Positions 7,179-14,375 of a DNA stretch of 21,008 nt are shown here, one piece after another. Each line of letters begins with the position of its first letter. The first letter of the stretch is position 1. The position numbers and the translations under genes are program-made. Below the pieces are notes generated by a model. That model had not been told where the DNA came from, ran no database searches, and was given only the letters and a program-made list of their open reading frames with translations. This DNA is from a virus (taxonomy: Duplodnaviria; Heunggongvirae; Uroviricota; Caudoviricetes), in the IMG/VR virus record IMGVR_UViG_2671180458_000004; one strand, 5' to 3'.

Positions 7179-8833
7179 CCCCGATCAAATTCATGATATG
7201 CCTCATCGTCATCACGATAACCGCCCTCCATTGCCCGCGACCGTTCCGGCAGCGCCTGACAGGCTGATTCATCCAGGATGAAGCCCTCCATGTATGACGC
7301 CCGGTTTGCCATACAGAGCGCCACGGCAAAATCGCCATGGCGGCGGGCGTTCACAGCCGTTGCGTTCTGGTCCTTCGTGCGCCCCTTGTCGATTTGCGGG
7401 ATACCGTTCACCACCTTCACATGGCGCAAATCATCAAGCGTGGTCTGATGGCGGGCGATGAGGATATTCTGATCCTCAAACTCGGCCTTCAGTTTTGGCA
7501 TCCACTCGCCGTACCACTTCGGCGATAACATCACGCAGTCGATGATGTCCGGGCCAAAGGCCAGCAGCGCGGCTTCGGCCAGATAGCCGCCGTTACCGGT
7601 GGCGTCGAACGCCGCACCGACCAGCGCCGGAACGCGGGTCAGGATGTACATCATCACCTGCTCCTGCTGGGCATACGGCAGGTTGCGCAGCTCCACGCGA
7701 AACACCTCGCGTTTTGCCAGGGATTCAGTGATTTCCAGCAGCACAAAGCAGGAGAGGTCACCGGTGCGGGCAAAGTCTTCCCCGAAGCTGAAGCGGGAAC
7801 GGGAATTTAACGCCTCTAAAAGCGGTTTTAAATGTTCTTCACACCAGGTTAAAACCTCCGATTCACGCAGCCATGCGGCACGGCTGATGAAGTCGTCCGG
7901 GGCTTCAAACGTCAGAATCGGGATGTCGCGGATCATCGCCATTTCAATAAGTGCGTGAGGAATATAGGCACCGCCGGACTTTTTCGGGATACAGCCGTAT
8001 TCCTCGTCGGCATCCTCACGGGTCGGGGCGTTTTTGTAGAGATCATCACGCCACTTCTGCTCGCTTTCCGGTGACCATTCGCGGCCGGTGACATAACAGA
8101 TACGACGGTACAGCCCGTCCGCAATGGCATCATCCAGGGTAATGCGGTGGACGCTGTAATCCTTGCGCCCCTCGCGGGCTTCCTGAATGTACTGATTAAA
8201 CAGATTATCGACGCCGTTATGCGTGGAGATAATACGCACGCGCGCGCCCCACATGGTAAGCGCCATTGCCGCCTTGAGAAGTTCATCCAGTGACTCGTGG
8301 AACGCGGCTTCATCAATCACCACATCCCCCTGAAGGCCGCGCAGGTTTGACGGACGGGAAGACAGTGCCTGAATTTTGAATCCACTGTTCGGAAAGCGGA
8401 TCATGTAGGTCAGAATTTCTTCTTTTTTATCCCGATCCCAGAAGGTCTGCTCATACACATCAGCATCTGCCAGCTGGTTAAAGGCACGGGAGAACAGGGC
8501 GCAGGCAGAAATATATTCCAGCGCCATCTCCTGCTTTGACCCCACATAAAACACATTGCGGCCACCGCGCCGCTTCGGTTTTGCAGCGGTAATGACGTTA
8601 CGCCCGGCTTCCGCCCAGGTAAGCCCGGTACGGCGGGATTTTTCCGCGATGCAGACCTCGCTTTCATCCTCAAACCAGCGGGCCTGATAATCCAGAAACA
8701 CCGGCATATCACCGGGCAAATCAAGGCTGTCCGGCACATCCACGCCCAGCAGGGCTTTTTCACCGGCCAGATCAATTTTGCGGGTGGAGACGGTATTCGT
8801 CAGTAAGGGTGAGAGTTCTTCGGCGTTATTCAT
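7169..8833 (-). CDS. Terminase large subunit (Mu gp28 family)
   Basis: 554-aa ORF following the DUF3486-like small subunit. A Walker-B-like DVVIDEAAF and a C-terminal nuclease-like region fit phage TerL. The call rests mainly on synteny and size. Confidence 0.85.
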   Translation of the reverse strand: MNNAEELSPLLTNTVSTRKIDLAGEKALLGVDVPDSLDLPGDMPVFLDYQARWFEDESEVCIAEKSRRTGLTWAEAGRNVITAAKPKRRGGRNVFYVGSKQEMALEYISACALFSRAFNQLADADVYEQTFWDRDKKEEILTYMIRFPNSGFKIQALSSRPSNLRGLQGDVVIDEAAFHESLDELLKAAMALTMWGARVRIISTHNGVDNLFNQYIQEAREGRKDYSVHRITLDDAIADGLYRRICYVTGREWSPESEQKWRDDLYKNAPTREDADEEYGCIPKKSGGAYIPHALIEMAMIRDIPILTFEAPDDFISRAAWLRESEVLTWCEEHLKPLLEALNSRSRFSFGEDFARTGDLSCFVLLEITESLAKREVFRVELRNLPYAQQEQVMMYILTRVPALVGAAFDATGNGGYLAEAALLAFGPDIIDCVMLSPKWYGEWMPKLKAEFEDQNILIARHQTTLDDLRHVKVVNGIPQIDKGRTKDQNATAVNARRHGDFAVALCMANRASYMEGFILDESACQALPERSRAMEGGYRDDDEAYHEFDRGCW

Positions 8834-9414
8834 CAGGCTTTACCCAACAGAATCCCCTTAATACGGGACTCAAGCTGTTCACTCATCCCGTCCACGCCGC
8901 GCAGCTCGTCGGTGACCGCGTTTGCCATCTCTTCAGCAAATGCGGCCCGGATTTCTTTTTCACGCTTAATGCTGCGCTCGGCGGCACTTTCCGCACGCTG
9001 TGCTGACAGGAGGATGTCTTTGATGAGGCGCATATCCACGTCGCTGTCGCTGTTCAGAGATTCGGTCGCGGCACGCAGGCGGCGGTACATCAGGGCGCGG
9101 GACATTTCCAGAATCAGCGCTGTGGTTTCACCGGTTGGCTTGTCCCCCAGTTCGGCCATCATGGCTTTTGTCTGCTCGCGTAAATCACGCAGGTTACGGG
9201 CAATCAGCTCATTACGGGAGGCTTCCCGGCTGATGGCCGCCGGTGAAAGCTGCTGCTCTTCCGGCAGGCCCGCCTCACGGATCAGACGGTTGATTTCCTC
9301 GCGGATCTGGACCTGCGTCAGACGTTTTTCACGCAGCATTTCCAGCAGCGGCTTACGGATGCTGTCGGGGAGCAAATCCACCTTGCGTACACGACCACGC
9401 GTCGGCTTGTCCAT
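8833..9414 (-). CDS. Terminase small subunit candidate (Mu gp27 family, DUF3486-type)
   Basis: 193-aa ORF directly upstream of TerL. The N-terminus RGRVRKVDLLPDSIRKPLLEMLREKRLTQVQIREEINRL matches the Mu gp27 style from memory. Confidence 0.75.
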   Translation of the reverse strand: MDKPTRGRVRKVDLLPDSIRKPLLEMLREKRLTQVQIREEINRLIREAGLPEEQQLSPAAISREASRNELIARNLRDLREQTKAMMAELGDKPTGETTALILEMSRALMYRRLRAATESLNSDSDVDMRLIKDILLSAQRAESAAERSIKREKEIRAAFAEEMANAVTDELRGVDGMSEQLESRIKGILLGKA

Positions 9415-9416
9415 CG

Positions 9417-9707
9417 TTACCCCCTTGCGCGTGGTTTCTTCACACCCGGAACGCAGGCCCGGCCTTCCGCCACATCCTGCCCCCGGCCGGTCAGCTCTGC
9501 GATGAAATAACCGTTAATCAGAACGCGTTTGCGCACCAGTCCCTGCTCGGCAAGCCAGGCAATGTGGGTGTGAACGGTGTCGCGGGACACGCGGTGGCCG
9601 TAATCATCCAGACAGTCCTGGAGCACGGATTCACCCAGTTCACCGTTGTAATCTGCCAGCGACCGCAGAATGACCAGACGCTGATCTTCAGTAATGAAAT
9701 CACTCAT
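9417..9707 (-). CDS. Small winged-helix DNA-binding protein (Mu gp26 position)
   Basis: 96-aa ORF. ILRSLADYNG...VSRDTVHTHIAWLAEQGLVRKR looks like an ArsR/MarR-type wHTH. Its start overlaps the upstream stop by 4 nt. Confidence 0.6.
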   Translation of the reverse strand: MSDFITEDQRLVILRSLADYNGELGESVLQDCLDDYGHRVSRDTVHTHIAWLAEQGLVRKRVLINGYFIAELTGRGQDVAEGRACVPGVKKPRARG

Positions 9708-10012
9708 TGCGTTTTTTTCCTTACAGCCTGCTCCAGCAGCAGTTCGTTCTGATAGGAGACAGAGCGGAGCGTGGCGTTCGTGGTTTTCAGTTCACCCCGC
9801 AGGGTCACGATTTCCACATTCAGACGGTTGACCTCGGCTTCTGTCGGCAGTGACGACAGGCGGGTTTCCACCTTCTCAACGCGGTCGGAGAGTTTTTCAA
9901 AGGCCTCGCGGGGGACAAACGTTTTGCGCATCAGCGCCATGAATATCCCGCCAGCGGTTGCCGTCGCCGAAAGGATCGGCACAACATAATCTTTAACGAT
10001 GCTGACCCACAT
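9704..10012 (-). CDS. N-terminal TM plus coiled-coil protein (Mu gp25 position; possible lysis accessory protein)
   Basis: 102-aa ORF. It has a hydrophobic N-terminus (VVPILSATATAGGIFMALM) followed by a heptad-like helical region. It lies at the distal end of the lysis cassette. Confidence 0.6.
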   Translation of the reverse strand: MWVSIVKDYVVPILSATATAGGIFMALMRKTFVPREAFEKLSDRVEKVETRLSSLPTEAEVNRLNVEIVTLRGELKTTNATLRSVSYQNELLLEQAVRKKTQ

Positions 10013-10220
10013 GACGGGCCTCCATGATGTTCTGGCAGTTCACACAACGGATGGCATCCGGCACCGCAACAAGACGTGCGGCGGGGATCTCTCCGCCACA
10101 GTCTGCGCAGACACGTCTGCCCGGAGCATCCATTGCCCGGCGCTTACGTGTCAGCCGGTTACAAAGGGCGCGTTCTGATCCCCGCTCCATCACAGCCTGA
10201 GCACGATCTGAATCATCCAT
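9993..10220 (-). CDS. TraR/DksA-family C4 zinc-finger protein
   Basis: CADCGGEIPAARLVAVPDAIRCVNCQ is the CxxC-17-CxxC TraR/DksA motif. I place the start at the ATG at 10220 (MDDSDRAQ...), which has AAGGA upstream. The ORF track's start at 10286 would overlap the o-spanin. Confidence 0.75.
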   Translation of the reverse strand: MDDSDRAQAVMERGSERALCNRLTRKRRAMDAPGRRVCADCGGEIPAARLVAVPDAIRCVNCQNIMEARHVGQHR

Positions 10221-10230
10221 ACCTTTTTCC

Positions 10231-10602
10231 TTACTTCGTCTTTCCTGCCGGAACAGCAGGCGTTCCGGCCATATCAGTAAATTCATGTTGTCGCCGCGCC
10301 TCCAGACGACGAATACTGGCCTTGTCCACGTTGCAGTTCTTGATCACCGCCAGCAGTTGCAGGTTGTAAGTGACCGATGCCCCAAACGTGAACGGCTCCG
10401 GCGCAGGAGGGACCAGGCAGTCAGCCAGCCATTCAGCGGGGATCGGCACCGGCTTCACAGGCACGTATTTCACAGACGGCCCGGCGCACCCGGTCAGCCA
10501 CATCATCAGGAACAGGGACAGAGGCCGCAGGCACTGCTGCCAGCGACCGGCGGACAACGCTCTGCTGCTCCTCGCTGTGCTGAATGTTCTGTTGTTTTTC
10601 AT
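10231..10602 (-). CDS. Outer-membrane lipoprotein spanin (o-spanin) candidate, overlapped architecture
   Basis: A lipobox LTGC lies after the hydrophobic stretch LSLFLMMW, and the mature part is Pro-rich. The ORF starts (ATG 10602) inside the i-spanin gene in another frame and extends about 200 nt past it. The signal peptide from this ATG is unusually long, so the true start may be downstream. Confidence 0.6.
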   Translation of the reverse strand: MKNNRTFSTARSSRALSAGRWQQCLRPLSLFLMMWLTGCAGPSVKYVPVKPVPIPAEWLADCLVPPAPEPFTFGASVTYNLQLLAVIKNCNVDKASIRRLEARRQHEFTDMAGTPAVPAGKTK

Positions 10603-10783
10603 TCGTGGCCGCCTCACTGATTTGTGAAATGAGTTGCAGGGTGTGCTGCTGATTTGCCAGCACCTGACGCGCCTCATCCCGCTCACGCACAAGCACCTGA
10701 TTATTGTCTTCAAGGCGCTGTGTCTTCTGGTGCATTCCCCATATCGCGGCAACCAGTACAGCGATAATCCCCAGCGCCGCCAT
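10433..10783 (-). CDS. Inner-membrane spanin (i-spanin, Rz-like) candidate
   Basis: From ATG 10783: an N-terminal TM (MAALGIIAVLVAAIWG), then a charged coiled-coil (QRLEDNNQVLVRERDEARQVLANQQHTLQL). The gene is immediately downstream of the endolysin. The frame stays open upstream to 10954 (TTG), so the start is uncertain. Confidence 0.6.
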   Translation of the reverse strand: MAALGIIAVLVAAIWGMHQKTQRLEDNNQVLVRERDEARQVLANQQHTLQLISQISEAATNEKQQNIQHSEEQQSVVRRSLAAVPAASVPVPDDVADRVRRAVCEIRACEAGADPR

Positions 10784-10895
10784 GCACGCCCCGGCAATCA
10801 GGGCCGGTAAGGCATTATTCACCGCAGCCACAGGACACCCCGTAACAGCAGTACCGCACACAGCAGCGCTATCATGAGCGGTCGCCAGAAGCGGT

Positions 10896-11396
10896 TCAGA
10901 CTTTCGGCAAGTCGTAGCGACATAACCATTCATCCGCCGAACGGCGGGCCTCAAGGCCGGGGAGTTTCACCCCCTTTGAATAAATCCAGCGGATATACTG
11001 CTTACAGGACGCGGGCATCTGCCCGGCATTGATCAGGCGCAGAAGCGTGGAGTTGCGGAAGTTCGTTTCACCGGCCCAGAAGATCCACGAAGCCAGCGCC
11101 ACCGTCTGACCACGGGTAAGCGGCACCTGAACACGCCGATCAATGGCCGCAAAGGCCCATTTCATGTCCTTTTCCAGCAGTTCCAGGCATTCTTCATCCG
11201 TCAGGGTCATACCCGGTTTCACATCCGGGCCGGTATGGCCGTAACAGATGGTGGGTGTACCGGTGGGATCGATATACGTGGAGTTTTCTTTCCCTTCCCA
11301 GTAACCGGTGTAATGCGTGGCAATCGTGAACGTCCCGGCACCGGCCAGAACAAGGGCAATCAGCTTTTTACGCAGTGGTGCGGGGAGTTTTGGCAT
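10896..11396 (-). CDS. lys: SAR (signal-anchor-release) endolysin, T4-lysozyme/GH24 type (Mu gp22-like)
   Basis: 166-aa ORF. The catalytic E-8-D-5-T pattern is present in YWEGKENSTYIDPTGTPTICYGH. The N-terminal segment KKLIALVLAGAGTFTIATH is Gly/Ala-rich and weakly hydrophobic, typical of SAR domains. Confidence 0.85.
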   Translation of the reverse strand: MPKLPAPLRKKLIALVLAGAGTFTIATHYTGYWEGKENSTYIDPTGTPTICYGHTGPDVKPGMTLTDEECLELLEKDMKWAFAAIDRRVQVPLTRGQTVALASWIFWAGETNFRNSTLLRLINAGQMPASCKQYIRWIYSKGVKLPGLEARRSADEWLCRYDLPKV

Positions 11397-11397
11397 T

Positions 11398-11435
11398 GTT
11401 ACGCTGTCTCATGATGTTCTCTGAGTCAGCGTAAC
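11398..11435 (-). promoter_or_regulatory. Perfect 9-bp inverted repeat immediately upstream of the endolysin start codon
   Basis: gttacgctg (11398-11406) and cagcgtaac (11427-11435) are perfect complements separated by 20 nt. On the minus-strand mRNA the 3' arm ends 1 nt before the lys AUG. This is either an RNA hairpin around the ribosome binding region or a dyad protein-binding site. Confidence 0.45.
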
Positions 11436-11467
11436 GGTGAAGGAAAGGCGGCAGGCTTTGCGGAATA

Positions 11468-11893
11468 TCAGAAAAGTGGCGGTTGCGTTCTTGCCAGATG
11501 CAGACGGCGCTGTTCGCGTATGACGGTATAAATCTGGGTTTCTGACATCCGGTAATGGCGGCGAAGGGATTCAATTTTCTCGCCCCGGTCCCAGCGCGAA
11601 AATATCTCATTGTTTCGCAGCTCGGCAAAGAGAGATTCCCCGACCGGCAGGTAATAACCCCGTCCGCCCATATAGGCTGCCTGAGCCGCAGCCACCTTGC
11701 GTGCCAGTTTACCGGCCAGTACCGGCTCAATCCCCTGACGCTGAAGTTCTGCGCCAGTGACTTCAACCAGTTCTGACAGGGTCCGCGGCCAGTTCTTTTT
11801 GAGAACATCATCAGGGATGTCATCAAGGCGGTCGATAAGGGCGTGCAGTTGCTCACTGTCACCACCAAACATGCTCATCTGAGTTTCTGCCAT
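11468..11893 (-). CDS. Mor/C-family transcriptional activator (middle/late gene activator)
   Basis: 141-aa ORF. The C-terminal HTH region LRNNEIFSRWDRGEKIESLRRHYRMSETQIYTVIREQR matches the Mu Mor/C family pattern. It lies directly upstream of the lysis and late genes. Confidence 0.85.
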   Translation of the reverse strand: MAETQMSMFGGDSEQLHALIDRLDDIPDDVLKKNWPRTLSELVEVTGAELQRQGIEPVLAGKLARKVAAAQAAYMGGRGYYLPVGESLFAELRNNEIFSRWDRGEKIESLRRHYRMSETQIYTVIREQRRLHLARTQPPLF

Positions 11894-11926
11894 ATCAGCC
11901 TCCGGTTCTCGCGTTCCCGGTAAGTT

Positions 11927-11958
11927 TAAAATAAAAATCCCGCGTTGTGGCGGGATTT
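11927..11958 (-). terminator. Rho-independent terminator after gemA (end of the early operon)
   Basis: The minus strand reads AAATCCCGC-CACAAC-GCGGGATTT followed by TTATTTTAAA. That is a 9-bp perfect stem, a 6-nt loop and a U-rich tail, placed 5 nt after the gemA stop. Confidence 0.8.
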
Positions 11959-11962
11959 GGGG

Positions 11963-12472
11963 TTAACGGGGAAGTGATTTTTCATACTGCCTGCAAACGG
12001 CGTCATACCCCATCAGCGTGCGTTCGGGCATTCCCATCGCGGCCAGCATTTTGCGGCGGTGCCATCGCTTGAGACGCTCCAGCACATCTGAGGCCAGGGC
12101 GGGGTGTTGCTCCAGCCACTGCCAGTTTGCCACACCTTCGCCGCCGTTTTGCGCGGCCGTCTGCGATTTCACCCAGCGGTTAAGGGCGGTTTCCGCACCA
12201 TCAGAGATAAAGCCCTGCCGGTGCATCACCTTCCAGATGGCGCGAATTTTAGCGGTCACCGTACCCGGTTTTAAGGCCCGGTTAACCGGGTTCTGACGCA
12301 CTTTAAAACCGCGTTTTTTGAAAACATCCAGCACGCGGGACAACTCATCCGGTGACATATCCCGGCAGCTGGTTTTGCCGGTGGCTGCCAGCAGCACGAA
12401 TGTATAAGTCTCATCATCCAGGGCAAGCTCGCGCTTTGCCACATGAATGGCGGATATCAGTTTTCCTCTCAT
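11963..12472 (-). CDS. gemA: GemA-like regulatory protein (Mu gp16 family, DUF1018-type)
   Basis: 169-aa ORF. The N-terminus LISAIHVAKRELALDDETYTFVLLAATGKTSCRDMSPDELSRVLDVFKKRGF matches the Mu GemA/gp16 family from memory. It is adjacent to the Mor-family gene as in Mu. Confidence 0.8.
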   Translation of the reverse strand: MRGKLISAIHVAKRELALDDETYTFVLLAATGKTSCRDMSPDELSRVLDVFKKRGFKVRQNPVNRALKPGTVTAKIRAIWKVMHRQGFISDGAETALNRWVKSQTAAQNGGEGVANWQWLEQHPALASDVLERLKRWHRRKMLAAMGMPERTLMGYDAVCRQYEKSLPR

Positions 12473-12765
12473 ACCGTATTTACCTTTTTACGGACATGGA
12501 AAGCCTTTTCTGCCTCATCCCACCGGGCATGGTGTGTTGGCGGAATAATCATTATGTGCCAGCCATCTCTGGTTGTTATCCGGCAGAAAAATTCACCGCT
12601 ATATAACACAATGGCCTGCTGAATGAGCGCATCAGCCGCCCGTTCAACCGGATATCTTTTATCAAAAAAGCAGATGATTTTTCGACATAACCACCGGGTA
12701 ATAACAAATGCACCGAAAAAGGATGTGATATATAAGCACCAGAACAACAGAGAACTATTGTCCAT
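12469..12765 (-). CDS. Hypothetical protein with N-terminal transmembrane segment
   Basis: 98-aa ORF with an ATGA-type 4-nt overlap with gemA. The N-terminus is hydrophobic (LLFWCLYITSFFGAFVITRWL). It lies in the AT-rich block. No recognisable family. Confidence 0.6.
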   Translation of the reverse strand: MDNSSLLFWCLYITSFFGAFVITRWLCRKIICFFDKRYPVERAADALIQQAIVLYSGEFFCRITTRDGWHIMIIPPTHHARWDEAEKAFHVRKKVNTV

Positions 12766-12952
12766 TATCTTTCTCCTTATTCACTCTTCTTCGGCATTCG
12801 GCACAGTCATCAGGGCTTTCAAATGTATCCGGCTCGCGATTATGAGCCAGATATAACCACCGTCCACATATACTGATATTTTCGCCTGTTTTAAAAAAAT
12901 GATGCTTCCTGGCCATTAGTGGCCGCGCCCATCCAGCGGGTAGACTATTCAT
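12755..12952 (-). CDS. Small hypothetical protein, possible zinc-ribbon
   Basis: 65-aa ORF overlapping both neighbours by 8-11 nt. ICGRW...H...CAEC could form a Cys3His or zinc-ribbon site. The call is weak. Confidence 0.5.
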   Translation of the reverse strand: MNSLPAGWARPLMARKHHFFKTGENISICGRWLYLAHNREPDTFESPDDCAECRRRVNKEKDNGQ

Positions 12953-13280
12953 TTGCTTTATCCTCCATGCTGGACAGAATCATATGTATTAATGTCGGGC
13001 GTGGAGATATACGCATTTCATTAAGCGTCTGAAGGGCAGCAACAGCTGCCTGTTTATCGGTGCCTTTGGCTATCTCTGCAAGAGAATGCACAATCCATAA
13101 CGGACTTAACGCCACGGCTGAATCCAGAATCATGTCATCCATAATAATTTCTGGCATATCCCGCTTGTCACATTCTTTATCTATAAAAGAAACGATTTTT
13201 TCTGCATCTTCCGGTTTCATGCCTCCGGCGATGAGAATTTTACGATATTCATAAGGCGATCTTAATTCAATACTCATCAT
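12945..13280 (-). CDS. Hypothetical acidic protein
   Basis: 111-aa ORF in the AT-rich block. By my count it has 19 Asp/Glu versus 13 Lys/Arg. No recognisable family. Confidence 0.6.
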   Translation of the reverse strand: MMSIELRSPYEYRKILIAGGMKPEDAEKIVSFIDKECDKRDMPEIIMDDMILDSAVALSPLWIVHSLAEIAKGTDKQAAVAALQTLNEMRISPRPTLIHMILSSMEDKANE

Positions 13281-13292
13281 TCACCTGCCTGT

Positions 13293-13661
13293 TTAATCAG
13301 TTTCCAGTGCTTTGCTACGGGCAACAGCCTCACACTCAAAAAATACCGACTCCGGCACACGCTCCTTTAATTCACGAACAAGAAAATCATTAACGAGCTC
13401 ATGACGTCTTATATTTCTTTCCTTTTCCTCCTGGCGCAATACAGCAAGGCGGTATTCAACAGTCCGGCGTTGTTTCTGAAAGACAGCCAGTGCTTTTCTG
13501 GCAGAGTTACGCCATGTATCATCGCCACAGGGTTCGTATTCAAGCTGAAATTTAATCTCTTCAATGGTTTCTTTTATTTTTGCCAGCAAGCTAAGACAGT
13601 CGCTGATTGTCTTCAGTTTTTCATTATCAATATAACTTCTCACGCATTCACCTCCCGTCAT
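13293..13661 (-). CDS. Hypothetical coiled-coil protein
   Basis: The ORF is open from 13685, but the ATG at 13661 forms an ATGA overlap with the upstream stop (13660-13658), so I prefer it. The protein is helical and charged (KIKETIEEIKFQLEY, LAVLRQEEKERNIRRHEL). Confidence 0.6.
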   Translation of the reverse strand: MTGGECVRSYIDNEKLKTISDCLSLLAKIKETIEEIKFQLEYEPCGDDTWRNSARKALAVFQKQRRTVEYRLAVLRQEEKERNIRRHELVNDFLVRELKERVPESVFFECEAVARSKALETD

Positions 13662-13969
13662 TCCGGTAAAGCTGAAATATGACACCAGTGCGTCACCTGT
13701 CCGTCCTCATCTTCAAGGCAGGCTCCGGTTTCTTCATCAACAAAAAAGCCTTCATACCCCATATGGCCGATGCGCAGTTCCTGCCTGTGACCATACTGAA
13801 CAATCAGCACGACAGCCTCCATATCAGGCGGGAAAGCATCATTCAGTGAATGCCAGGGATAACCGCGCAAATCCCCGAAATAAACACCGGTCAGCGTTCC
13901 GCCACAGACCGGCATTCCGGCGGCACACACAAGAGGTTCATCTGATTCAACAAATAAGGTGGTTATCAT
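13658..13969 (-). CDS. Very acidic hypothetical protein, DUF551-like C-terminus
   Basis: 103-aa ORF with 17 Asp/Glu versus 3 Arg and no Lys. YPWHSLNDAFPPD...VVLIV...VTHWCHISALPE resembles the DUF551 pattern (W..v.D.lP ... VTHWmPLPe) from memory. Confidence 0.6.
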   Translation of the reverse strand: MITTLFVESDEPLVCAAGMPVCGGTLTGVYFGDLRGYPWHSLNDAFPPDMEAVVLIVQYGHRQELRIGHMGYEGFFVDEETGACLEDEDGQVTHWCHISALPE

Positions 13970-14193
13970 GATGCCATTTGCTCCTGTATTTTCTGGCGTA
14001 AGTTTTCAATTTCTGCCGCCATATAAAAACCAATTTTGCTCCAGACATCAGCATCATCACCATGTTCTTCCAGCTCCATTACCGCCATTAAACACGCATC
14101 CTGCCAGTCACTGCTGTTATCAGTTACCGCCACTGAAAATGATGTACTGTCATGTCTGTTAATTATGACGACTGGCTTTTCAATTTTTCTCAT
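13966..14193 (-). CDS. Small acidic hypothetical protein
   Basis: 75-aa ORF with ATGA-type overlaps at both ends. It has 14 Asp/Glu versus 7 Lys/Arg. Confidence 0.6.
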   Translation of the reverse strand: MRKIEKPVVIINRHDSTSFSVAVTDNSSDWQDACLMAVMELEEHGDDADVWSKIGFYMAAEIENLRQKIQEQMAS

Positions 14194-14375
14194 TTATGCC
14201 TCCCGGAAATACGAATGTATATACCGATGAGAAAATCCATAATAAACAGGAAGAGCGACATCCTGATAAAGAACCAAATGTCAGGCATCATGGACAGGTT
14301 TCCTGTAATCGCAAATATAAAACCAATCCCCAACACCGGAACGATAATTGCGAAAAATATAAGTCGTTTAATCAT
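14190..14375 (-). CDS. Small two-TM membrane peptide
   Basis: 61-aa ORF with two hydrophobic stretches (LIFFAIIVPVLGIGFIFAI and IWFFIRMSLFLFIMDFLIGIYI). It is translationally coupled (4-nt overlaps) to both neighbours. Confidence 0.6.
   Translation of the reverse strand: MIKRLIFFAIIVPVLGIGFIFAITGNLSMMPDIWFFIRMSLFLFIMDFLIGIYIRISGRHK

Noticed and set aside
10221-10286. Upstream start (10286) of the TraR-like ORF
   Set aside because: It would overlap the o-spanin 3' end by 56 nt. The ATG at 10220 has an AAGGA ribosome binding site and yields a typical-length TraR/DksA zinc-finger protein.
10603-10797. N-terminal 65 codons of the 188-aa ORF containing the o-spanin
   Set aside because: The upstream part (MPGRAWRRWGLSLYW...) is Arg/Trp/Cys-rich and lies antiphase inside the i-spanin coiled-coil region. 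A lipoprotein signal peptide only makes sense from ATG 10602 or later.
10784-10954. Extension of the i-spanin ORF to the TTG at 10954 or the ATG at 10933, overlapping the lys 3' end
   Set aside because: It would add ~50 non-typical residues before the TM segment and overlap lys by 38-59 nt. It is kept as an open question in the findings rather than annotated.
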